DNA from: an uncultured Planctomycetales bacterium
GTDB lineage: Bacteria > Omnitrophota > Gorgyraeia > Gygaellales > Profunditerraquicolaceae
DNA: 64,000 nt
Assembly (NCBI GenBank): GCA_964354585.1
Contig: CAYHAI010000052.1
Coordinates: forward strand, 6,283 to 70,282
Direction: 5' to 3'
Within the stretch, counting starts at the first letter, position 1. Each line of letters opens with the position of its first letter. Both the position numbers and the translations under genes were made by a program. The notes under the pieces are model-generated. The model was not told the DNA's origin. It saw only the letters and a list, made by a program, of their open reading frames with translations, and made no database searches. Of this stretch, positions 24,401-36,400 are shown one piece after another.

Positions 24401-27400
24401 ACTAGCTTCTTTTCTTCTTGCTAGTGCCTGCGCCTCTTTGAATTTTCTCACTAACCAGCTGATACCTCTGGCTATCTTTATCACGCCAGTGCCTACTATT
24501 GCCATCACCGCACCCACGGCTCGCCGCAGACGGGTGACTGATGACTGATGTCCAGTTTTATTCAGAAGAATACCCTTACGAATAATACGGAGCAGATAAG
24601 TCAAGTAAGCCAATCTTCTCTTTTCTCTTCTATTGCCACTTTCCACTACCCAACCAATATTTAACACCAAATTGCGCGACTCTAACTCAGGCTTTGTCAA
24701 TAAGTGAGGAATGTCTGTCCATATCACTTCCCAACCCGTACTATTTTCAAACTTCTTTATTATTCTTAATAAACGAGAATCCAATCTGACCTTATGCGGA
24801 TTCTTAATATATTCACAAGCAATACTTGAAACAGTAACGCCATCTATAAACTCTTTTATATGTTGTCTACAAAGAACAAAGAGCCAAAAGGGAATATTTA
24901 CTAAAGCCAGTCCGTTTAGAAAGGGAAAAGCGCTATTATTATTTAATGCACTAATAAGATTAGTATAAATGCCCCATATTCCAAAAGTGCCTAAAAGTAC
25001 AAGCAAGATACCGTGGTCTAAAGCAGACAGCGGGACACGAGGTAGGTTATCATCTTCCCGGAACCAGATGTGCTTAAACGCCCGCCTTATTGAAACCAAG
25101 GGTACTGATAATTTATCTGTATTGATAAACTCTAATTTAACTGCCTTTGCCACAGGATCTTTACGCTCCACCGATATCTGCTTCATGGCCTGATAGGTCT
25201 TAGCTCCTTTATAAATCTTATAAATTCCGTAAATTGATATCGTCAATTCAACACCCACAACCACTAATGCCGCTGCTGCAAAGAAAATCCATATATAAGA
25301 TGGATATCGAACCAGTGGCGCTAAAATAGCTCCTAAATAACCCAAGACAAATCCTATCCCTAGAGCTACTAGTGCCATACTAGCTAATAATAAGATAGGT
25401 CTTATGAGGAGTCTGTATTTCGAAATAAATTTATTCGAATTAAGCTGTATCCCATTCTCTCCTACTCCGCCAAGCAGTGGAACCGTAGCCGCCAGAGCTG
25501 TTGCAGCAGCAAAATTGGGGCTGGTTGTCTTGGTCAATAAAACCCCTGCCAAAACTACTGCGCCAATAGCCAACACACCCGCCACCACCGCACCCACGGC
25601 TCGCCGAACTAAACCTAACACACTGCGTAGGTGCGATAGGATTTTAGTTGTGCGAGCCGTTGATCTTATACACAGGTATATGATTGTTGCGAGCAGCAGT
25701 GATACGAGCAATAATGGTGTCGCGGTCGCTGCCAAATAACTGCTCCCAAGAGTCAGCCCGGCCATTTCTGGTATAAACGTTGCCCGTAACTTGGTGAACA
25801 AGAAACAGACGCATATGACCGTTACCATTTTCCCGAGCAGCCGCAAAAACTGTGGAATCTTTGACGAACTCAACGATGTGGTCGAATTCCAAGACAGCAT
25901 AATTGATCTTAACCATGGTATCCTCCTTTGTTTAGTTGTACCAAGGGAACTCTCGGGGGTCAGTCTCCGGAGGTATTGGAGCCGAGAGCCCCTTGATAAC
26001 AACAAAGCCGCAATAACTGCTATTCCTGCCACGGAAGGAGCAATTAGCGGCTGGATTAAAGTTCTAATTTTTTCTTTGAGTTTTTGAATTAAGGAAGTTA
26101 ATTTGGCGGGGATATTATTGAAGACAAAAAGGTCGCCTTGCGCTTTTTTAGCGGGCGGACTGAGATCGTTGAAGGTTTGTCCAGGCCTTTGTGGAAGAAT
26201 TCGCTTAGTAAGACGTATTATGGCCTCAATAAATTTAGGTATAATTAATTTTATTCTTCCGCCTAAACCTGCTAAACCTTGATTTGTACCACTTGCACTC
26301 TGGGCACCCTGGCCTTCTCTTACATTTTCTGCAGGTAGACCACTTACACCTCGGGCACCTTGCCCATCTTCACCTTTTCGCACCGCGTAGGTGCGATAGG
26401 TTACTATTGCAATTAGGGCAACTGCAACTACTGCTACTAAGATTATTGTAGCAATTACAATTGCGTATGGTAAAACATTGCTAATATTTGTCTGCGCGCT
26501 TATGTCTGCCAATTGACTGCCTGCGTATGCGCGAAACGCAGCAGTCCCAAAAATACCACCCGGCCCACGCACAGACGGACCCCCGGTCTGCGTCCAATGA
26601 AGATGCATTAGTACACCCATCACTCCCGTGGCTAGTGAGGAAAATCCTGCTACTACTCCTAATACTGGAATCTCTATAAATGCAGTCCCATTATTGCCGC
26701 CTGTATTATTAGCGCCATTATCCTGCCGACTGCCTGAATTCTGGCTGTTCATCGGCTGCTGGCGAGATGGCTGATGATTATCTGATATGGGCTGGTTTTG
26801 CTCCTGAGTGGAATTTAAGTTACTTCTACCGTTAACTATACTCATTAATAAATCTTCGGGAAGCTGAGGCAATCTGCTGACCGCCCTGCTTAACGGACGG
26901 ACCACATCTGCATAGAGATTCCTCTCTTCGATAGGCACTAACATCCCTTGTTTATTAAGCCGTGGCTCAAACCCATCTTTCTGCTTCAATCTCTGCTCAA
27001 TATCCCAAGCTAACTTTCTTGCTTCCCACCACTTCCTTACGCCTCTTAATTCCCCGTTGCCTGTGCCGTTATTGGCAGCCTCAATAGCCTCAAAAAGTTG
27101 CTGCACAAATCTGGTGCGCTCTCGGCGCGAAGAGCCATTATTGAGGCCGCGGGCTATCTCTTCCAAACCTGTGCCCTGCAAATTTCCGTTTGAGGACAAT
27201 ATATAAGGTAAGAGCTCTCTGGCTTGCCCAACTACACTGTCTTTGCCACTTGTTTTAAGAATGTCTCTGATAATAGACGGTGTATCCTCAGAGGTCCGGA
27301 TTGGCGATTCTGCTGGCTTTTCAGCCGACGCCGGCTGCTGGGCTAGATCGGATGGGGTGATATCAGCTTCTCCAGAAGGCGCTTTAGAATAATGGTTTAC

Positions 27401-30400
27401 ATAATAGTGCTTTTCTTTGGTTTTATCCACCTTTGCCCAACCCTCATTTGTCAGGGTAGTTAAATCACTATTAACAGTGGAGCGGCTGAAATTGTCTTGG
27501 AATTCATCCGCTACTAATTGCATAGCTTCTGTAACGGTAAGCATTCCTCTTTGCTCTATTTGTTCCTTTAAGAACGCTCTTCTTTCTTGCTGGGTTGCCC
27601 TGTGAGTTCTGGTAGGTGTTTCGGCTGGCTGCGGCTCAACCTGCTTGGTTGAGGCTGACTGCTTTCCCTCTGGCGCCGATGTTTCCTTTTGGGCTACTAC
27701 GGTTTCATCCGGCTTGGCTTCTTGCGCCTGCGCTTGGGCGGGAGCTCGGGCTTCGGCTAATTGCCTTTGTGCCGAAGAGACAATACTATAAATTTCAAGT
27801 TGGGGATTGAAAACTTTAGCGGCGTATTGAACAATAAGAGGAGATTCTGAATTTATTACTGTGGCTTTTTCTTTTTCGAGCTCTTGTTTCCTGGCTTGAG
27901 CAAGTTCAATGATTTTCTTAGCAATGGCCTTTTCTTCTGCTTCTAATTTACTCCTATCTATTTGCGGCTCTGGAATAATATTTTCTTCCTGCCTTGCTGC
28001 TTGGGCTTTTAGACGCTGCTCGTATGCTTCCTTGATTGCTTTTTCTCTCACTAAAACTCGTTGGGCCAAAGCGCCTGTTCCATCAACCACCGGCTGCTCA
28101 TCAATTATAACTTGCTCTAAGACCTTTATGGTATCATCTATAGAAGAAATACGCTGTTCAATCTTTTTCTGCAACGCACTTTCTTCTCCACCTATAGCTA
28201 TAAGCACAAGCTTATCCAATAAGTTATCTGCCGTTACGTCTTTAGTGGCAGAGGCATTAGCAACCTTCTTTAAATTATCGGCGTTTACGCCTTCCTTAGG
28301 CTCAAGACCTTTTTTCTCCAGTTTTTTCAATTCTTTTTCAACTCTTTTTTCTATCTTCTTCCATTTTTCCTCTTCAGACTTATCCTGCGATGGACTAATT
28401 AGCTGATAAATTAATGCCTGTGAGCCCGTAGAAGCCCTTTCTAAGCGGCTCATTAATTTAGCTGCCTTGCCTACAGGGCCTTTACCCCTTAGAGCAACTA
28501 TATCCGCTAAAGAAAAACCTCTTTCTTGAGCTACGACCAACATTTCCGTTAACGTAACTTTAGCGCTTTGTGCATCCGAAAGTAATCCGCTACCTACTGA
28601 CAATGCATCATTTATTGCCTTTAACTTTTCAGTCTGCTCCGGCGTTATCGGCAGCACAAAAGGAACTAACTCCATAGGCTCAACATTCCATTTTTCAGTT
28701 CCCGGCTGCTTGCCGAAGGCTTCTATGGCATTATATAAATCGAGACGGGAAGGCAATGCTTTAGCTAAAGCTTTTTTGGCTATAGCATCAGCTTCTTCTT
28801 GGGTGCGAGCCTGTCGCAGTTTTGTATAAGCATCTCTAATTTTACCATTCACTAATCCCTGCAATGCCTTTGCCTGTTCAGGATATTTCTCTGCCATCAC
28901 GCCTAAGACTAAATCTGTGATCGCCAAAACATCGCCGCTACGCTGTTTCTCAGTAAATTGCGCCAGCGGAATCTGGGGCAACGCTTCACCTTTCGCCTGC
29001 GCAGCTGCTGCAAAAGGCTGCACAACCTGACCTAAAGTCATTAAAGAATTTAAATCTCGGTGCATGGTATCAGTGGATTTAATTAAACCTTGGCTAGTCA
29101 GATTCTGCAAGGTATCAAACGCTTGTTGATTAGTTAAACCCTGTCCTTGAGGTAACGCACTAGCTAACCCTAAAGATACTAAACCGTTATTAATTGCGGT
29201 CCTTATCGCTGGGTTGGAATTGGTTAAAGTATTAAGAGTTGGCAAGAGAAGAGAATCTAGATACAAAGCTCCTGAACCCGGATCGGAATATCCTTTTTCT
29301 CTTAACCAGTCAGCGCTTGTAGCAGGAATACCTTTTGATGCTGCTATATCTTTATCAGTTATTGGCTCATAAAAAGGCTTGCCCAATTCTTTACGCGTAT
29401 CTGCTGCTGCTCTCGCATCTACCAAGCCTGGTTCAATATAACGCGGTGTATATGAAGGTAATTCTTCTGCGCCATATTTGCTGCGCGCATCCTTTAATTC
29501 GGCTGGAGCGCGAGCACGACCTAAAGCAACGCTGCCTCTTGTAATGCTATCCCCTTGCAACTCTGCTATAAATTCACGAGTTGCAGTGTTATCAGCATTA
29601 ACAACTCTATCTATTCTTCCGCCTTGCCGAGTATTTTCTCTTATCCGAGTTATGGACCTTTCTATTGTCCTATCAACTGCATCGTTGGCATTGCCTACAT
29701 CTCCCCTTAAATTAGTATTAATATAATCTCTATCTGCGCTCCTCTTTTCCGCTAGGATTTCTTCTATAACTTTTGCCGCTTCAGGAGCTAATTGTTTTAT
29801 ACGCAAATATGCATCTTCCTCCGTTCTCATTGCATTATCAGTAATATCGGTATAGTTACGCTGTTTATTGATCTCAATTTGATTCGCCTCAAGAGTATCG
29901 GCAGTTGCTCCGTCAACAAGCTCTATTCTTCTTGAAACTTCGTCTCCTTTTGTATAATCTGGTTTGCCTTCGCTATCAACTGTTGCGGTACGCAGCCTAA
30001 CCGTGGATTGTTTTGTAGGCACTGTTAGTGATGCCCCATCACCCAAACTTACAATATCTGAACCTTTTGATCCGAATAAACTGGTGCTTCTTACATAACC
30101 ATGGGAAATAAGAACGACCGTATTCGAACCTTCTGTTAACATTCTACTCAGCTCTGCTTCGGGGTTAGCCTTTGTATCACATAAAGGAGTACGAACGCCG
30201 TCCTTTACAAGAAAATACTCTCCTTTAGGATTAATAACGACCACTCTAAAGTTGGATTCCCCAGCTGCTTTGTCAACAGATTGCGTTACTTTGTCAAAAG
30301 GAGCTTCCCTAGCAACAATAGGAATTACTCTGTTATGACTTTCGCTAGCCGCCTCTTTTACTAATTGGGCTGCTCTTTCAGGAACAGAGCCAGAAACTGA

Positions 30401-33400
30401 GGTAACGTTATCTTTGCCTAACGTAATATCCGGAATCTCGCCTACAGCGTCGGCTCCGATTACGCGGCTTTCTCTTAAGGCTTCCGCTTTCGTTATTGTT
30501 CCGGAAGTTAAAGTGAGACTCTTAAGCCCTGCATCAAAGAGGGCATTCACGGTTTGTTCATTTATAACTCTTTTTGCTTCTGATTGTGATTCTATTTCAT
30601 CTGCTCTTGCTGCTCTAACATCTAAGCGACTTAATTCAACCGCTTTTTCTTTCCCAACAAGAGCATAAGCAATAGCTTTTAATGGATCGTGCGGTCTTAC
30701 TCTATGGGCAATTCCAGTTTCTAAATCAAGCGGGATTCCTTGACCATTAGAATCTATGTAATAATTCACGCCGTCGATTTCTACACGCACTTCTCCATTG
30801 GCTAATAAAGCCTGGATTCTACCTCTTCCTTCACGAGTTGAAAGTTGTTCTTCTAAGCTTTTACCTCCCAATTCAGTTAAGATTTGCTTGGTTAAATCCT
30901 GGTTAAAATGCGTAACCTTTACTCCCTGTCCGTCAATTATTCTCTCCGTTTCAATATTCATTGACCCTAAAGATGTCGCCGTGGGAGAACCCAGGGTTTT
31001 GCTTAATTGAACGTTTGCATCCTGGCCTATTTTGTAATCTTTTGAATCTATTGTCTTATGAGCTTGCTCTCCAACTAACAAGCCGGGATTTTTCTCTAAT
31101 TCAGGATTCCAACCTCGACGGTCTTCTGCAAGAATTTTTAAAGCATCTCTATTTGTGGCGGTCAATAAATCTAAATCTTCTATAGGCACAATACCAAAAC
31201 GGGCGTCTTTTGAAGCCTCAATAGATCCGGGCATTTGAGTAGAAGCGATTTTAACATCCTTAGGGTCAATCCCCAACTTTACAAGGTTATCGTAGGTACT
31301 CTCAGCCTGTCTGTCAGATCTAATAGGGATAAGGATACGTCCACTTTCTCCCTCTGCCTGTAAAAGTCTGCTATATAACTCCAATAATATTGAGTCTTTT
31401 CCTGACCCCAAGCCGGCTAATAATAATCTGATATCGCTTTCTGGCCGTCTACTCGGATGCTCCTTAACAAGTTGCTCTACTCTAATTATTGCATCAATTT
31501 GGCCTTCATTAATTGCTCTGGTAATTCCTATATTATTTAAAATATTGGCCGCTCTATCGCCAATCCGTCCTCTTAATTCAATACCGCTCTCCAGCCCGAA
31601 TTTACCCTCGGCAAATATCGGTGGACCTTCTCTTACAATCAGCACTGTGCCGGCGGGTTGGGCGATGCGTCTGAGTTCCGCAATTACTCCCTGACCAAAA
31701 GTATCATTAGTCCCTAGAACTTGCGCCACCTGGCTTAACACATCTACATCTGCAGTGGCTAACTCACCCAACTTCAAACCCATAATTTCTTTCACTGCTT
31801 TATCTTGGCCATTTTCTACGATACGGTTTGCGGCAATAACCTCCGCAATGCGCGCGACTTTCCCTTGCCCATCTATGCCGCCTAATATATCACGTTTATT
31901 GAAGCCCGCTGCTGCTAACCGTGCGTCATAATAAGCTATATTTCCTATCTTTATTGTCGGAGCATTTATTTTGGCTTCTAATCCATTTATAGAAACCGCA
32001 ATCGGATTTCCCGCGGCTAATTGTTTCGCCTGTTCTTTTGCGCCTGGTATATTCGAATTATAAACTGTCAATCTGTCAATCTGTGCTACAGGAAACAAAA
32101 GACCGTTTTTAGTTTTTAGATTCGGGACGCTGATAGGAGCAATTTCTTTACCGCGGATATAATTCCATAAACCTTTAATGCCCTGGTCTCTATATACTAA
32201 CCTTGATGCCTGAATAAAAGGCACTCTGCCTAAAGCTGTTTTATCAAGGGCTAAATAAGAAACATAAGCAGGAAGGCGGACTAAAGCCGCGAGGCCAATC
32301 TCATCAAGACCTATACTTACGGTTCCTGAGTTGTCTATTACTGCCTCCGTACCATCAATTAACTGGCGGTCGGCTACAAAAGTCTTGCGTCTGCGATAAG
32401 CCAGACCACTAAGCAGTTCTTCCAAATATGTGCCGGGGAAAGTAGGTGAGGTATTAGATAAAGGAATTGATGTATTCGCGGTTTGCTTGCCTTGCTGGGC
32501 GAGTTGGAGTTTCTGATTGGCTTGGGACATCTGTTTATAGATACCTTTGCCAGAGGTTAAGGCATCTTGGGCAAATTCGCTGGCGACATCTAAGATTTCC
32601 GTAGCCTGTTGTTTAGCAAGTGCTTGGGTTTGGAGTTTCTGATCAGCGGCTTGGAAGGTCTGATAAGTGGTTTTGGCTTCATTGAATAAGTTCTTACTAA
32701 AATCAGCTGCTAGGTTAGTTATTTCAGTGGCTTGTTGTTTAGCCTGTAATCTCTCGTTACCAAATTTCATTGTATCATAGAGGCCAGTTAGATCAGATTT
32801 AACCTTTCCTAAGGCATCTTGGCCTAATTGAGTAAATTGAGCAACGGTTTGCTTGCCTTCTTGAGTGAGTTGGAGTTTCTGATTGGCCTGTTCTATACCT
32901 TGATAAATGGTCCTGCCATAATCTAAAGCGCCTCTACCCAGTTGGGCTACATAATTAATGGTCTCTTTTGCCTGTTGGATTCTCTCGATATCCATTACCC
33001 GGATTTCTTCGGCAGCTAAGAGAGTTTTGCCAAGGGAATTTTCGGAGAGAACTCGGCTATTGTCTAAAGCAATCTGGCTAATACGTTCGTTCTCTTTGTC
33101 TAAGAGTTCCTTTCCAGATATCTCTTCGCTGGTTAATCTTTGCTGGTTGAGTTCAGCTTGGAGAGCACGATTTTCTTCAACTGTATAGAGGGTCTTGCCA
33201 AAATCAGCTTCGGATATCTCACGGGCTTGATTTAAGGCAACCTGCTGCTGGTAATTTTGCTGGGCAGTCTGCATCGTATCATAAAGACCGCTTAAATTAG
33301 ATTTAATCTCTTTAAAGGTATCTCTACTTAATTGGGCAATTTGCTGGAGGTTTTGTTTGCCTTCTTGAACTATGGCGTTAACTCGGATATCCTCTTGCTG

Positions 33401-36400
33401 GTTCATAGCGATGCCAAAATCTTGCTCACCTTGCATTCTCTCAATACCTAGTGTGCGGATTTCCTCTTGGGCTAAGAGAGTTTTGCCTGCGTCGGTTTCA
33501 GATATTTGGCGGTCGCGATTAAAACCAAGTTGGATTTGGTAATCTTTATTGGCGGTTTGGAATGTATTATAAAGACTGGTTAAGTCAGATTTAATATTTC
33601 CTAAGGTATTTTGACCAAGCTGAGCAAATTGAGTAAGGGTTTGCTTACCTTGCTGGGCGAGTTGGATTTTCTGATGAGCTTGATACACATCTCCATAGAT
33701 TCCCCTACCGGATTCAACTACGCCTTTAGCAAATTCACCTGCCACATTTAAAATCTCGGTTGCTTGTTCTTTGGCTTGGAGTCTCTGGTTGGCCTGCTCC
33801 ATACCTTGATAAATAGCTCTGCCATAATCTAAGGCGCCTTTACCTAATTGGCCAAGAGAGCCAATGGTACTGGTGAATTCTTGTTTGGCTTGCCCAGCGG
33901 CTTTAGTTAAATCTGGCTGAGCAGTGGCTAGAGGAGTTTCCACAAAAGGAGTAGGTAGTGCTTTAGTAACTGCTGGAGATTGAGCAAGAGGAGCAGTTAA
34001 GTTAGAAGTAGGTGCAAAATTCTCTAACCACTCAGAGCTAAGTTCTTGATAAGGAATAAGACTAGAAGCATTTACTGATTGCTGTGTTTGGACTGACGGC
34101 GATACAACTGAAGAGGCAGTAGCTTGTGGCACAGTAACGCTCGGTTGGGTAACGGACTGAGCTGCTATTTGCACCTCCGGCTGCCAGTTACCGGTTTCTC
34201 TTGTGGGCATGTTAGTCACTAAATCTCCACCTAAAAATGCCTCAAGTGCCTTTGCGGTTATTTTTAATTGTTTAGTATCATCCTGCCTATTACTGACCAG
34301 GGAGCCATCCGAGTATTCTTTGGGGATACCTATTAAATTAGTAGCTATCCAATCGCTGCTGGTATATCCCCACGTCTGAGCTTTGTTGGTAACTCCAGGA
34401 ATAGGTAAAACAGGTGTTGGTGCATCAGAAACCACATTTTGTTTCGGTGTAGATGTTGTAGTATTAGGAACTGGGGTGCGCGCGGAAACGTCCTTGGGAG
34501 CCTGCGTTAGTTTATTTAGTTCTGATTGCACTGCAGATTCAACCGGCGACAATCCTCCTTGCCCTGCTCCTTTACCAACCCAAACAGCTGCTGGCGGCGT
34601 CAAATCTTTTCCTGTGGCGCGAACCTCACGTGCCTCACGCGCCAAACTGACAAGAAGCGCGGTTGAAAGAATAATTACTTTTGCAGAGCCTGTAAACTTA
34701 CTCCAAATTCTACTCCCAAGAGACGGTTTAGAAGAAGGCGGCGTAGATTTTTGTGGCGTGGATGAAAGAGGAACGCGTGAAGAAGCAACGTCGCTCAGTT
34801 GTATCTTAAAATCAGTTTCTGCCGCTTTAGAAGTAACGGCAGCACGCTGCGCTTCTATCGCCTCCATCGATTTATCAACCTGTGCTGTAATCAATGGATT
34901 GATCTCCTGAGCTGTTACTCCTTTCCGTAACGGCAGTACTGGACGGACTGTATTAGGCTGATCTCCTCTTTCCCATAACCGGCCTGCGGGATCTGTATAT
35001 CTACCTTCTGCGCCTGTAGGCGTAAGAGGTATTATCTCGCCATTAATATCGATCTGAATCTGAGATTTGGTAGCAGGGAACCATGCAGGGTGATTATTTA
35101 TAAACTTTTCTCTAATGCTTTGTATAGGAATTGTTTTTACTACAAAATTACCGTACGCCTTTTTAGCCGATAGAGATACAGAATCACCATTAATAAGTGC
35201 CTTGCTCCCTCTTGCTAGCGAAAATACGACATTAAGGATTGCATTTGGGAGCAGCAAAACTGTACTTGTAACACTAGAATAAGCCCTGACTGCGCCGCTG
35301 TCAAAAGCTCTTGTAGCTGTAGTCCGCTCAAAGCCCGCTCCTTTCCTCAACCCACCCATTAACCAAAGGTTGGTCAGAAAATAACCCAAGCCCTGGACCG
35401 GCTTATCACCTCTTGCACTTCCGGTAATATTATTCCTGCTGTTACCCGGGTCAACATATTGAGCGAATCTTTCGCCTAACCACTGTTTAGCAACATCAGA
35501 AGCCGCTCCTTGATAAAAATGATCTTTGGCGTAAGAAGGGGCTACGGGACTGACTAAACCGTATAGTAACGCCTCTCCCAAGGAAACATAATAACTGGCT
35601 ACTCCCCAGGCAGACTCTACAGAACCTTGCACTACACCATCCCGGGACATCTTGTATGCCGCATCATAAGGAAAAGAAGCAAAACCCGTTGTTGTCTGTA
35701 AAATATTTGCCGGTACCCCCAGGAAAGGCCTCTGTCCCATATTTTGTAAAATAGCAGAGCTTTGCGTCTCAAGTCCGGGGATTACGCGGCTTGCTTTAGC
35801 CATCCCTTTCTCATCGCCAATGAGATAGGAAAAGATATAAGTAAACTTGGCACCCATTGCCCTAAGATTATCTCCTAAAGCCATCAGCGGATTACTGGAA
35901 TTTACCGGCGCCAATACTCCCTGGCCGATATAATCGTAGTTCTCCACATCTCCTTCTGTCATCGCATCATAAAGGTGCTTGCCTGCATATCCGCCATACA
36001 ATCCGTAACGCGGAACTACTTCTGTAGTAACCAAACGGCCGATTGACCAAAGATTTGCTAAAAAGTATGCCTTATAAGATTTATCAAGCGCATTTGCCGC
36101 AAGCAGACCATCTTTACCTAATTTTGCTCCCGCACCAACCGCTTCAAGCCCCTTACCTGCTGCGGCGGCTGGCCTTAAAAGTTTTATGGCTGAACTTCCT
36201 ATTGCTACTATGCCTACTGCATCCCAAAAAGATGCTGAGGCCATATCGCCATCTGTCCATGAAGCTGCGGCTTCTAAATTCTTAACGGTGCCGAGGACAG
36301 GAATGAGAGATAGACAAAACTGACGGCCGCCATACATGAAGTTATCAAATCCCGAAGTATCTTTTCTTATATCAGATAAATCTCTCTGTAAATCTAACCA

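Noticed and set aside
28490-28535. ERG|FSLADIVAL as another internal prepilin site
   Set aside because: No long hydrophobic helix follows
36180-36330. SLIPVLGTVKNL...WDAVGIVAIG resembling a polymorphic-toxin pre-toxin motif
   Set aside because: Similarity too weak to support by eye; needs a profile search
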